Part shown: piece by piece, positions 1 to 9,174 of the stretch
Layout: each line of letters begins with the position of its first letter
Numbering within the stretch: position 1 is the first letter of the stretch
IMG/VR virus record: IMGVR_UViG_3300031993_000044
Coordinates: 1 to 64,000 of that record
DNA length: 64,000 nt
DNA from: a virus
Taxonomy: Duplodnaviria; Caudoviricetes
Direction: 5' to 3' (one strand)
The notes under the pieces: model-generated
Seen by the model: only the letters and a program-made list of their open reading frames with translations
Databases searched by the model: none
What the model was told of the DNA's origin: nothing
Translations under genes and position numbers: made by a program

Positions 1-10
1 CAATAACAGT

Positions 11-187
11 ATGAAATCAGTAAAAATCAACATCGTGGGCTACATAAGAGTACCCGATGAAGCAACGGAAAAGGATATAGAAGAAGCTGTTGAGTTCAAT
101 GTCGGGCTTCGTTGCCAAATGGCATCTGAAAATCCTGTCGGCGACAGTCTGAATTGGGAAAACGGCTGGGCAAATGTCGGACTATAA
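11..187 (+). CDS. hypothetical phage protein (58 aa, below ORF-track cutoff)
   Basis: Hand translation MKSVKINIVGYIRVPDE...WANVGL*; co-oriented with downstream genes. Confidence 0.55.
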   Translation: MKSVKINIVGYIRVPDEATEKDIEEAVEFNVGLRCQMASENPVGDSLNWENGWANVGL

Positions 188-201
188 AACAAAATGCAAA
201 G

Positions 202-417
202 ATGGAAGCAAAACTGAAACACGGCTCAAAGAGCCAACGAAATTTAGCACAGCGGACGCAAGAGCTGAAAAAGGCTGTTGCCACACTGCTGTATGACTAT
301 GAAAAGGAAACAGGAATAGTCATAGACACAATGACCGTTAAAACGGACTACTACATTTCACCGACAAAGGTAATAAGTCTTAACGCTGCAATTCCAACTT
401 TTGAGGACGACGAATAA
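202..417 (+). CDS. hypothetical phage protein
   Basis: Part of ORF 154..417; ATG at 202 fits after the upstream stop at 187. Confidence 0.55.
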   Translation: MEAKLKHGSKSQRNLAQRTQELKKAVATLLYDYEKETGIVIDTMTVKTDYYISPTKVISLNAAIPTFEDDE

Positions 418-423
418 CGAGCT

Positions 424-813
424 ATGGGAAGAATAATTAAGTTTAGAGCAAAAGCAATGAGTGAAGAAGCCTGGGTGTACGGCGACTTGATTCATTACAC
501 ACGCCCACGCTGTGAAAAGGTGTGCATACAGGAAACAGACGGCTTTCAGCTGATGCACGATGTCGTAGAAGAAACTGTATGCCAGTTTACAGGGCTTTAT
601 GACAAGAACTGCAAAGAGATTTACGAGGGTGACATTGTAAGACACACTTTTGGCAAAAGGAAAGACGATACAGGCAAATTTGTTGATGATTACCGCGATA
701 TTGTAGTCGTTTACGATTACGGAAGCTTTAACGTCTCGTGCCTTTCGCTTTGCCTTGATTATGTTGAAGTACTGGGTAACATCTACGACAACCCCGAACT
801 AATAAATCATTGA
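424..813 (+). CDS. YopX family protein
   Basis: IKFRAK..WVYGDL, ETVCQFTGLYDKNCKEIYEGDIV, VLGNIYDNPEL motifs. Confidence 0.85.
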   Translation: MGRIIKFRAKAMSEEAWVYGDLIHYTRPRCEKVCIQETDGFQLMHDVVEETVCQFTGLYDKNCKEIYEGDIVRHTFGKRKDDTGKFVDDYRDIVVVYDYGSFNVSCLSLCLDYVEVLGNIYDNPELINH

Positions 814-816
814 GTT

Positions 817-1251
817 ATGAGGACAATCAAATTTCGTGCAAAGAATGGACTTGACAAATGGGTGTACGGCTCACTTGTCAGCGGCCAAAGCGACAACGGC
901 ACAGACGTTTGCTTTATTGCGGAAAGCTTGCCCGTAGGTACTGATGATTTTGAGCATTGGAACTTGCCCATGCAGCGCGTAAAGCCCGAAACGGTTGGGC
1001 AGTTTACAGGATGGAAGCCGCGTAAGTGCAGTGAACTGTACGAGGGTGACATTATCGGCTTTGACGATTGGGCTTTTACTGAACGCCAGCGCAAAAAGAT
1101 GAAGCACCATATCGGAGTTATTAAATGGTCTGACGAGTACGGCAATTTCAGAATACATTGCAATGGTGATGGCATTTATGAAGGAAACGATGTTGCAGAC
1201 CCTCAACTATTAGGCAACATTTACGATAACCCTGAACTTGTCAAAGAATGA
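817..1251 (+). CDS. YopX family protein (second tandem copy)
   Basis: MRTIKFRAK..WVYGSL, ETVGQFTG, LYEGDII, LLGNIYDNPEL. Confidence 0.85.
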   Translation: MRTIKFRAKNGLDKWVYGSLVSGQSDNGTDVCFIAESLPVGTDDFEHWNLPMQRVKPETVGQFTGWKPRKCSELYEGDIIGFDDWAFTERQRKKMKHHIGVIKWSDEYGNFRIHCNGDGIYEGNDVADPQLLGNIYDNPELVKE

Positions 1252-1498
1252 GGTGTCATTACGAAAACGTGGAAGGCGTAGGCCGTGTGCTGATTCCCGG
1301 CTGCATGGCAGTGGCAGTGTCAGATGACATTGATATGTGTACGTGCCATCCTACGACGATTAGGCAGTTTGAAACACCTGCGTACAAAGAGCACGTCGAG
1401 GAATAAAACACGTTATCCGCAAGCTGGAAAAGGAAAACGAATACTACAGAAAGTTATTGGAAAGAAACGGAGTAACAATCAAACTGAAAACGATATGA
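1248..1498 (+). pseudogene. small Cys-rich/coiled-coil phage protein apparently split by a 1-nt frameshift
   Basis: MRCHYE..IPGCM..CTCH stops at TAA 1404-1406; another frame continues IKHVIRKLEKENEYYRKLLERNG to TGA 1496-1498, which overlaps the next ATG (ATGA). Confidence 0.5.
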
Positions 1499-1980
1499 CT
1501 ATAGCAATTATCTACATTACGTTAGGCGTGCTTTACACCATTGCTTGCATTATGGACGGGCAGGACGTGAAGCCGCTTTGGAAGCGTTGGCTTGGCTGCA
1601 AACTTGAAAGCTATGCAGACAGGCTTAAGCCTATCAACTACTGCAATACGGGTAAATGCAAGTTCGCACAGATTGCTTTTGAGCATTCAAGGCAGAACAC
1701 TCGATTGATAGCATGTGAGCGTTGTATCAAAGAGAGCGAGCTTATGCGTGCAATGAGTGACGAACAATTTGCAAGGCGTAGCCATTTCCCAATACCTCCT
1801 TCACATACTGTTGACGGACTTGTAGAGAACGCGAAACGTGAAATAGTACGCTCGCTGCTTTCTACGGCAGAAAGCTACATTAACATTGAAGTACATAAAG
1901 AAGAACATTTCCCTACAATCTACGTGTACGGTAGTATGTATGTAGGTAAAAATAAAAGTATAAACATCAAAAGTTTATAA
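1495..1980 (+). CDS. hypothetical protein with N-terminal TM helix
   Basis: ATG at 1495 within ORF 1324..1980; MTIAIIYITLGVLYTIACI is hydrophobic. Confidence 0.6.
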   Translation: MTIAIIYITLGVLYTIACIMDGQDVKPLWKRWLGCKLESYADRLKPINYCNTGKCKFAQIAFEHSRQNTRLIACERCIKESELMRAMSDEQFARRSHFPIPPSHTVDGLVENAKREIVRSLLSTAESYINIEVHKEEHFPTIYVYGSMYVGKNKSINIKSL

Positions 1981-1983
1981 GAC

Positions 1984-2439
1984 ATGGAACAGACGAAAAC
2001 AAAGACGTGTGCGCACTGCGGGCAGGAAAAGCCCGTAACGGAGTTCTACAAGGACAAGCACACAAAGGACGGGCTGCAAAGCTGGTGCAAGCAATGCAGC
2101 AATGCAAGGAGCAACAGCAGCAGACGCAAGCCCGTAAAAGGCGACTTGGATGCTGCAAAGAAAGCTATGCTGCAAGCAATGGACGAGTACGAGGAACAAC
2201 AGCAGGACAACACTGCAAATTCCGAAAAAAAGCCACTTACAGCGCAGGAAATGTTTATTGCGACGATTGATTGGGAGCAGCGCATTTTCGACACTGCATC
2301 ACGCATCTTTGCGGAGATATGCGCTGTTGCCAACCCTAACGAAAACACTTACAAGCTGTGCCGCGAGTATGCTTCACAATTCGTAAGCGATTACAGAGAA
2401 CACTTAATGTTTGGAACAGATGAAGAAAGCAAAGTTTAG
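1984..2439 (+). CDS. Zn-finger protein (CxxC...CxxC, HNH-associated type N-terminus)
   Basis: KTCAHCGQEKPVTEFYKDKHTKDGLQSWCKQC. Confidence 0.65.
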   Translation: MEQTKTKTCAHCGQEKPVTEFYKDKHTKDGLQSWCKQCSNARSNSSRRKPVKGDLDAAKKAMLQAMDEYEEQQQDNTANSEKKPLTAQEMFIATIDWEQRIFDTASRIFAEICAVANPNENTYKLCREYASQFVSDYREHLMFGTDEESKV

Positions 2440-2632
2440 CAAGGGTGAGCGCGTGCGCATCGTGTGCAACGAGATTCAGCCGGAGTATGTCGGTCAGATT
2501 GGGCGCATTGCGCTTGTGCGCGACGCGGACGTTGAGCAGCCCGTTTACAAAGTACACGTCAAAGGCAAAATGCTTCGCCTTTGGGCTACTGAGGAATGTT
2601 TGGAAAAAGTAGATAACGAAACTAAAAACTGA
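2420..2632 (+). CDS. small SH3/KOW-like beta-barrel protein
   Basis: KFSKGERVRIV...GQIGRI...VYKVHV pattern. Confidence 0.5.
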   Translation: MKKAKFSKGERVRIVCNEIQPEYVGQIGRIALVRDADVEQPVYKVHVKGKMLRLWATEECLEKVDNETKN

Positions 2633-2639
2633 AAATCTT

Positions 2640-2915
2640 ATGAAAGTACAATGGTCAGAAACAAACTACATTGCGTATGACTACGCATGTAAGAACTACC
2701 CGATTGACGAGCCTAAAATTGAGGACTTCACCGCAACGTTTGAGGGTCATGTCGTTATGACTTACAGAAGCTTTTGGGGTACGCCAAAGTTCCTTGTGAA
2801 GATGGACGACGGCTCATTCCGAAGCGTCAGTTGTTTACGCTGTAAAGCAGTCAGCAAGTATGACAAAAGAACTTCCAAGAGAACACTGGAACAAGCAGCA
2901 CGGAAGGACACGTAA
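2640..2915 (+). CDS. hypothetical phage protein
   Basis: ORF in tightly packed plus-strand run. Confidence 0.5.
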   Translation: MKVQWSETNYIAYDYACKNYPIDEPKIEDFTATFEGHVVMTYRSFWGTPKFLVKMDDGSFRSVSCLRCKAVSKYDKRTSKRTLEQAARKDT

Positions 2916-3150
2916 GGCAAAGCGCCCGTTTGACAGCCTTGCCGCTGCAATGGAATACTTGCAGCAGCACGGCATAACAGAAACATACAGGGCGTACAAG
3001 TGCAGCGTGTGCGGGAAATACCACATCGGACATCGACATTACAAACAACAAAAAGCAACGTATTATGAAGAAAGAAAACATCAAGCGTGCAGCGGAGCTT
3101 GGCGAAAAGCTGGAAATATTGGAAGCAGCGGAGAAAATACTTCGCCGTGA
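2860..3150 (+). CDS. small Zn-binding phage protein
   Basis: RAYKCSVCGKYHIGH motif. Confidence 0.55.
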   Translation: MTKELPREHWNKQHGRTRKAKRPFDSLAAAMEYLQQHGITETYRAYKCSVCGKYHIGHRHYKQQKATYYEERKHQACSGAWRKAGNIGSSGENTSP

Positions 3151-3289
3151 CCACGAGTGTGCAATAATAGTGCATGACACGAAAGAGTTAGACAAGGACG
3201 TAAAGCTGCCACACAGCTTTGTTTACGACCTGTTGGGCAAAGTGCGTGCAAGCATCAACGTTATAAACAATGAGATTGAAACGCTATGA
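3065..3289 (+). CDS. hypothetical phage protein
   Basis: ATGA coupling to the next gene. Confidence 0.55.
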   Translation: MKKENIKRAAELGEKLEILEAAEKILRRDHECAIIVHDTKELDKDVKLPHSFVYDLLGKVRASINVINNEIETL

Positions 3290-3918
3290 AGCAGGATGAT
3301 TTCGAGTTTAAGCACCGTCATAATGATGGAGTGACACGTGTAATGAATATGTGTGACGTGTACTATAAGGGGCAGCTACGCTTTAGTATCGCGCTGGAAA
3401 CAATGCGAGGAAACTTTGGTCAGTACATGGAACGTATAGGATGCACGCCTATGGAGCTTTTGAAGGATGCAGCTTATTACGGAGAGCTTGCAGTGATGAT
3501 TCAGGACTGTTTTATGCTGGAATGTGAACGCCCGCTAAATCAGCAGGGAATGCCACACTTGCAGCATTACAGCAGCGGCGTGATAGCCAGCGGCATTGAT
3601 TTCAGTGCAGACCGTGAGCTTTCCGACGCTGACAAGTTTATGTGTGCGCTCATTGTTTGCGACAATTCGGACTATGGCCTTACGAGTAAGTTACTTGCAA
3701 AGCTTTTCGGATGGAGCACGTACAAGTCACGCAAGGTTGCTGCCAGCGTGCGCCACAAATACGTTGGTACGCTTATAAGCGAGGACAGGGAGGGCTACTT
3801 TGGCAAAGGCTGGATGATGGAGCGTGCCATGCACACGCTTATCAGCAACTATGAGCATGAAGTACGCGAAAGCCGAAAAGCAAGCGTACAAGCGTTTTTC
3901 TCAACGTTGGATGAATAA
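3286..3918 (+). CDS. hypothetical phage protein
   Basis: 210-aa ORF coupled to the upstream stop. Confidence 0.6.
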   Translation: MKQDDFEFKHRHNDGVTRVMNMCDVYYKGQLRFSIALETMRGNFGQYMERIGCTPMELLKDAAYYGELAVMIQDCFMLECERPLNQQGMPHLQHYSSGVIASGIDFSADRELSDADKFMCALIVCDNSDYGLTSKLLAKLFGWSTYKSRKVAASVRHKYVGTLISEDREGYFGKGWMMERAMHTLISNYEHEVRESRKASVQAFFSTLDE

Positions 3919-3997
3919 GTACCCGCTTCGGCAAAGAAAACGGCACACAGCCGACGCAAACCACCAAATTTAAGGTTTTACATTAACAGATAGCAAT

Positions 3998-4351
3998 ATG
4001 ACAACAAAAGAATTACTGACAACAGAAGAGTTTCGCAAGGAACTTGAAATTAACATCAACACGTACAACAACCGCCCGCTGCCAAAGAAAGGCCAGTATT
4101 ACAGACGCACGCCCTACGACGAGCTTAAGCAGCGGCACATGTTCAACGTAGAGGAACTGCGTAAGGAGTACGTGCGCATACTCGCAAAGGAAAGCAGCCT
4201 TTCTTGCAGCCAGCGTCAAGCAGTGACGGCCATCGTACACGATGCGCTTTTCAAAGCGTTTAACAAGCTGAACAAAAAGGACGAGCAGCAAGAAGAAAAG
4301 CCTGCAATACCCAAGAAGAAGCGCACGCGCAAAAAGGACGATGCAAAATAA
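3998..4351 (+). CDS. hypothetical phage protein (basic C-terminus)
   Basis: 117-aa ORF ending just before a terminator. Confidence 0.6.
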   Translation: MTTKELLTTEEFRKELEININTYNNRPLPKKGQYYRRTPYDELKQRHMFNVEELRKEYVRILAKESSLSCSQRQAVTAIVHDALFKAFNKLNKKDEQQEEKPAIPKKKRTRKKDDAK

Positions 4352-4426
4352 GCAGGTTTGAACATGCTTATTTGATATTTGACACGTAACACGCTGCAAG
4401 CGAAAGCGTTACAACGTCAAAATAAG

Positions 4427-4465
4427 AAGCGGAAGATGCAAAAACAGCACCTTCCGCTTTATTTT
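4427..4465. terminator. bidirectional intrinsic terminator between convergent gene blocks
   Basis: AAGCGGAAG (4427-4435) / CTTCCGCTT (4451-4459) inverted repeat with A/T-rich flanks. Confidence 0.7.
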
Positions 4466-4488
4466 AGCCTAATTTTTCACCGCTTTTG

Positions 4489-5070
4489 TCAGTGAGGAGC
4501 TTCATCTTCTGCCGGCTCGTCGATGCGCTTTTTCCTGCGTGTGACGTAGATGATGCGCACAACGATAACGGCTACTACGACGGACAGCCCGATAATAAGC
4601 ACGTTGCCCGCCCTGCGTTGCAAACGCTGCCAAAAGCTTTCCTTTTTCGGCTGCTCACGTATGACCTGCTTTGTATTGCGCTCACGTTCACGGACTGCAT
4701 AGCTGCTTTCATTGTGCGTGCGTGTCGTGTCAGCGACCTGCACGTTTGCATTGAGCTTTGCGCCTGGCTTTGTTGCAAGCGTGTGGTGAAGCTTGCCGCC
4801 CACAAAGCTTGCAGTGGATATGTACAAGCTGTCTTCAAGTACGCTCACGCTGTCCGTTGTCACTGCGGACAGCTGTACTTGGGGCAGCTCCAGCTGCAAA
4901 TTCAACTGACGCAGCTTGACAATAAGGCTGTCAATAATGTGCTGCTGCATCGTGTCCTTTTCCACTGTGTCCGTTCTCTCAATCGCGCTGTAAGTCTTAC
5001 GTGCGCAGCTTGCAAGCATGAAAGCCGCAAGCAGTAGCATCAAGCTACATTTGCCAAAAAAGTACTTCAT
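4489..5070 (-). CDS. unimolecular spanin-like lipoprotein
   Basis: ATG 5070; signal peptide with lipobox LASC; C-terminal TM helix (VLIIGLSVVVAVIVVRIIYV); directly after the endolysin. Confidence 0.7.
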   Translation of the reverse strand: MKYFFGKCSLMLLLAAFMLASCARKTYSAIERTDTVEKDTMQQHIIDSLIVKLRQLNLQLELPQVQLSAVTTDSVSVLEDSLYISTASFVGGKLHHTLATKPGAKLNANVQVADTTRTHNESSYAVRERERNTKQVIREQPKKESFWQRLQRRAGNVLIIGLSVVVAVIVVRIIYVTRRKKRIDEPAEDEAPH

Positions 5071-5077
5071 ACATGTT

Positions 5078-5707
5078 TTATATTCGTGAATACTCGCGTG
5101 TCGCGTCAAAAGACGGACATGCCTTGTTTGCAAAGTCACGGTGTCCGCGTATCTTCGCGTTGGGGTAAAGCTGCTTCAAGTCCTTAAGCAGCTTAAGCAG
5201 CGTCTCTTTCTGCTTGGGCGTGCGCGTGTCCTTGGGCGTTAGCTTGCCGTCGTTGGCACAGCCGCCAATGTAGCAGATTCCGATGCTGTTCCTGTTGTGG
5301 TTCTCGCAGTGAGCACCCGCAATGTTGATGTTGCGCCCCTTGTGCAGACTGCCGTCAATGTATATGACGTAGTGGTAGCCAATCGTAGTGAAGTGGCGTG
5401 CCTTGTGCCAGCGCGTGATGTCAGCGACGGTGTAGTTAGCACCTTCGGGCGTTGCGCTGCAATGCACGATAATCTCCGTTATCTTGCGCGTACTGCGTTC
5501 CAATGCTATTTTCTCGTTGGATGAAAACAGCAGATTCCACGTCTTATCGCCGACAATACCATCAACTTGCAGCCCGTTTTCCTTTTGGAACTGCTTAACA
5601 GCTTCACATGTGAGCGTGCCGAATATACCGTCTGCAAACAGGTGTAAAGCCCTTTGCAGCAGCACAACGTCGTTTCCTGTACTTCCCTTTTTTAGTAACA
5701 TAGTCAA
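5078..5707 (-). CDS. endolysin: PG-binding domain plus N-acetylmuramoyl-L-alanine amidase (T7 lysozyme-like)
   Basis: LKKGSTGNDVVLLQRAL..DGIFG; IIVHCSAT, IGYHY, GAHC, GHRD, KACPSF. Confidence 0.92.
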   Translation of the reverse strand: MTMLLKKGSTGNDVVLLQRALHLFADGIFGTLTCEAVKQFQKENGLQVDGIVGDKTWNLLFSSNEKIALERSTRKITEIIVHCSATPEGANYTVADITRWHKARHFTTIGYHYVIYIDGSLHKGRNINIAGAHCENHNRNSIGICYIGGCANDGKLTPKDTRTPKQKETLLKLLKDLKQLYPNAKIRGHRDFANKACPSFDATREYSRI

Positions 5708-6051
5708 AAATCGTCTTTATCCAATACTGTATTATGACTTTCCTCCGGCTCTTTTTCGGGCTTGCCGCTGACAGGCTGGCCGTCCTTGCCGTAGGTCTGC
5801 GTAAACTTTGCGACAAAAGCCGCCCCTGCTGGTATGCCAATCAAGTACGGGTACAGCTCATTCCACCATTCATGTGTTACGCCGCCGCCCGTGACAATGG
5901 CAGTGTTGACGGCAAGAGCAGTGCCGCCGACAAGTGCGCAGATGCACAGAATGACCTTAAAGAACTTTGGCATGGTGTTTGACCAACGCTGCCGCAGTGT
6001 CAGCCACCACGCGAAGCGCCCTGTACGCCTTTTCCTATATTTTCGTTTCAT
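5704..6051 (-). CDS. holin-like membrane protein
   Basis: Two TM segments, adjacent to the endolysin. Confidence 0.6.
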   Translation of the reverse strand: MKRKYRKRRTGRFAWWLTLRQRWSNTMPKFFKVILCICALVGGTALAVNTAIVTGGGVTHEWWNELYPYLIGIPAGAAFVAKFTQTYGKDGQPVSGKPEKEPEESHNTVLDKDDF

Positions 6052-6055
6052 AGCC

Positions 6056-6415
6056 TTATTTTCCTACAATATTCAACGTTGTGTTGATTTTCGCAATGTC
6101 AACAGCTATCTGACCCAGCTGCTTGCTGATTTCATCCTTGAACTCGCCGATAGTCTGTAGGATGTCATCAGTCTTTTTGGAATGGGAGTTGACACGTTCC
6201 TGCAAACGCTTCACTTCTGATTCCATTACAGCAACCTTTATTCGCAGTTTGTGGATAAAACCCACGTATGTTCCAATGCCTGTCAGCACTGCCGTTATAA
6301 GCATTGGCCAAATATCACTCATTACGCTTTGCATAGTTCTTACCTTTTTAAGTTCGTATATGCAAAGGTAAGCAGTATGCGACGAAAAACGCGCATACTG
6401 TTTACACGATGCCAT
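6056..6415 (-). CDS. holin/antiholin-like protein (TM plus coiled coil)
   Basis: IWPMLITAVLTGIGTYVGFI followed by a coiled coil; lysis cluster position. Confidence 0.5.
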   Translation of the reverse strand: MASCKQYARFSSHTAYLCIYELKKVRTMQSVMSDIWPMLITAVLTGIGTYVGFIHKLRIKVAVMESEVKRLQERVNSHSKKTDDILQTIGEFKDEISKQLGQIAVDIAKINTTLNIVGK

Positions 6416-6418
6416 TGT

Positions 6419-6877
6419 TTATGCAAACAGGGGTATTGCAAGCAGCGTAACAAAGACGGTGACTTCTGCCCAAAACAGCCATCTGTCAAAACGTAGGAAC
6501 GTCATAGCAGCAACGTACACAGCCCATAGAAGCAGCAGCTTGGGGCATAGCATGGCTACAACAGCGGTAGCGCACAGCGCACACAGACAGCCGCCCGTGT
6601 AGTGCAGTGCAGCAGCTTCGGTCTTGTAGTATGCTGATGAAGCTACGCAGAACAACCCGGCGACGCTCAAAAAGCCCACCCAGCGCCATTCGTCGAGCAA
6701 AGCGTCAAGCATGGCTGGCAGCAGCGCAAAGCCAACGGCAATTATCCACACGGAGAAAGCCCAATGCGGGATGATGTACGCAATGTCCGAAATGCTTTCA
6801 GGCAAGGCACAGCTCTTTGCAGATGCGTAAATGACAACTGCAAGCGCAAGCAAAAGCGCAATGATGTTTGTTATCAT
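6419..6877 (-). CDS. multi-pass membrane protein
   Basis: At least 5 hydrophobic segments. Confidence 0.65.
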   Translation of the reverse strand: MITNIIALLLALAVVIYASAKSCALPESISDIAYIIPHWAFSVWIIAVGFALLPAMLDALLDEWRWVGFLSVAGLFCVASSAYYKTEAAALHYTGGCLCALCATAVVAMLCPKLLLLWAVYVAAMTFLRFDRWLFWAEVTVFVTLLAIPLFA

Positions 6878-7380
6878 ACGCCCTGCCCGCTAATTGTAAG
6901 ACTTTCCACCCATTCCTTTGCTGCATCCTTAAGCTGCCATCCCTCGTTGAGCGTAGCGTTGACAAAAGCTATTGCGTTGACGTAAAAGTCCGTAAAGCTT
7001 TCCATGTCCGTAAACGTGTGGTAAACGGGCGTGCCGTGCTCGTCCTCACCCAGCTTGAACTTGATGGGCAGCGTTGCCCCCGATGTCTGCACGGCAAGGT
7101 CAAACGCAGCTTTGAAGTTGAACTCGTTTTCCGTTGACAGGTACACGCTCTTTCCCTGCCACACGTAGCCCGTGAGTATCTTCAAGTCTGTTAGCTCGTT
7201 GATGTGCTGTTGAAGCACTTGAACAAGCTCGTCCTTTGTCGGCACATGCTCAAAGGACTGTCGGTAGTCATAGCCCTGCCCGTCTTCTTCACCGTAGCCG
7301 TAAATGAGCACTGCCCTGTTCGTGCTGTCGAATACAATGAGCGCGTCGTGCCGCGCTTCTGCTCCATAAACTTTTTCCAT
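6874..7380 (-). CDS. DUF4376-like tail-fibre-associated protein
   Basis: VYLSTENEFNFKAAFDLAVQTSGATLPIKFKLG pattern; position after the DGR. Confidence 0.55.
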   Translation of the reverse strand: MEKVYGAEARHDALIVFDSTNRAVLIYGYGEEDGQGYDYRQSFEHVPTKDELVQVLQQHINELTDLKILTGYVWQGKSVYLSTENEFNFKAAFDLAVQTSGATLPIKFKLGEDEHGTPVYHTFTDMESFTDFYVNAIAFVNATLNEGWQLKDAAKEWVESLTISGQGV

Positions 7381-7393
7381 AACTCAATAGGTA

Positions 7394-8764
7394 TTAAGTG
7401 AACATATATCTTACTTTGCCCTGTCCGAAGAATTGCGGAGTGATGTTGCAGTCAAACGGCAGCTTGCCGCATTTGCGCAATTCCTCCAGCCAAAACTTCT
7501 GTTCGCTGTCATTTGTGAGATACTTGCACATCGTGCCATCGTCCTTTTGGAACTGTACGACGTACCGAGGGCCGTTCTGCGTCGGCACGTCAGGCTCGAA
7601 GTCTATAATGGTAATGTGCATGTTGACGAGCGCACGCAGGTTTTCGGGTTTGCCCATTAAGATGCGCTTGCCGTCCTTGCCCGTGTATTCAACACCGGCA
7701 CTTTGTCTTTGTTTTTTCAGTTGTGCAAATGATTCCATATTCTTTCCTGTTATCGTTTTGTATAAATGCTTGCAGTCACCCCACTTTGCCATACCTTTAA
7801 GACTGCCCGCTATCTCCTGCCTGCGTCTTCGGCTTCTGACCCTTGCAAACGCACGTGCCGCTTTCTGCTTTGTGCGCTTGCGCAAGCGAGCCTTTTCACC
7901 GTCGTACACAAAGCCAAGGAAATCTATGCCCTCGCTTATTGGCTTGACGCTCTCGTTAGGCTTTATTTGCAGCTGAAGCTTTGCTGCCTGCTCGTGCATG
8001 ATGTCACGCAGCAGCCAAAGCTTGCGCTTGGAGGACGCGAGTATAACTATATCGTCGCAATAACGGTAGTAGTACCTAACGCCCAGCACGTCCTTAAAGT
8101 AGTGGTCGAGGTCACTTAATATGATGTTACCATAGCATTGCGAGGAACGCAAGCCGATGGATAGCCCATGCGGCATGAGCCTTACGAAGTTTTCAAGTAT
8201 AGGCAGCAGCACGGGGTCTTTAATGCGTTGCTTGATGCAGTCAAACATCAAGTCTTGGTTAATGCTCTCAAAGAACTTTCTGATGTCACACTTGTAGAAG
8301 TATGCCGTACCCAAACGGTCATGCTCGATGTCCGAGCGCATCTTTTCAAAAAGATGGTGCATACCCCTACCGGGAATGCTTGCAGCGGACGTTTTGATAA
8401 CGCTTGGGTACAGCACATCTTCCACGATGCGCATAATGGCATTGCAGCCTATGCGGTCAGACACGCACGGGCTTTGAACAATTCTGTCCTTTGGCCCGTC
8501 GTGTACTTCCATTTCCGTGTACTGCGTTACTCTGAATGTGCCGTCGCCTATGACTTGTATAAGCTCGTCAATCATCCTTTCACGCTTCTTGCGGTAATAT
8601 GACCGTCGCCCAGGCACAGTAACCGTCCTGCCGTCGGAAAGCTTCTTCTTGCGCTCCGGCAGCTGGTCAACGACTTCATCAAACGCCCTGTACATGTTGT
8701 CACGCTCGATGATTCGCACGATTAGATTGCCATATCTCTTTGACATACTTGTTTTCTTCTTCAT
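7394..8764 (-). CDS. DGR reverse transcriptase with a ~114-aa C-terminal extension
   Basis: KRYGNL N-terminus, YKCDIRKFF, GLSIGLRSSQ (DGR-type SQ), RYCDD, GIDFLGF; adjacent to TR. Confidence 0.95.
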   Translation of the reverse strand: MKKKTSMSKRYGNLIVRIIERDNMYRAFDEVVDQLPERKKKLSDGRTVTVPGRRSYYRKKRERMIDELIQVIGDGTFRVTQYTEMEVHDGPKDRIVQSPCVSDRIGCNAIMRIVEDVLYPSVIKTSAASIPGRGMHHLFEKMRSDIEHDRLGTAYFYKCDIRKFFESINQDLMFDCIKQRIKDPVLLPILENFVRLMPHGLSIGLRSSQCYGNIILSDLDHYFKDVLGVRYYYRYCDDIVILASSKRKLWLLRDIMHEQAAKLQLQIKPNESVKPISEGIDFLGFVYDGEKARLRKRTKQKAARAFARVRSRRRRQEIAGSLKGMAKWGDCKHLYKTITGKNMESFAQLKKQRQSAGVEYTGKDGKRILMGKPENLRALVNMHITIIDFEPDVPTQNGPRYVVQFQKDDGTMCKYLTNDSEQKFWLEELRKCGKLPFDCNITPQFFGQGKVRYMFT

Positions 8765-8990
8765 TCATGCAGCCGTAGCACTTTCGACTGTTGCCAGCTA
8801 CTTGCCCATAATAGGCTGCATCCTGTGATGTTTCCGCTTTCCAATCCTTTACAGTTCTTTGCAGACTTGAAAGAATTGCTTTTGCCGAGGCTCGAATCTT
8901 TCGCCGTCAGCCATCACCCAGCCCGTGAGTGTACGCCGTAGCGACGATATTTCTTCCAGCGTATGAACACTGTGAAGCACACTTTGATTT

Positions 8991-9106
8991 AGCACAGCCG
9001 CCCGCCGTTGTTCGTGTTCGAGTTCGACGAAGCGTTATTCGTGTTCGAATAGGCGACACCCGCATTCGCATTCGCATTGTTGTTCGAACGACCCAGCACA
9101 CGGCCC
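8991..9106 (-). repeat. DGR template repeat (TR)
   Basis: 116-bp copy of VR; all 15 mismatches fall at coding-strand adenines of TR; 12 AAY codons. Confidence 0.97.
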
Positions 9107-9154
9107 GAAAGATTCTCTACCTTTTTCATTCCTTTTACGTTTTACGTTTCCGAT

Positions 9155-9170
9155 TGGCAGCAAGCTGCCA
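9155..9170 (-). other. DGR target-recognition hairpin downstream of VR
   Basis: TGGCAG-CAAG-CTGCCA (6-bp stem, 4-nt loop) about 5 nt past the target stop codon. Confidence 0.7.
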
Positions 9171-9174
9171 CGTT

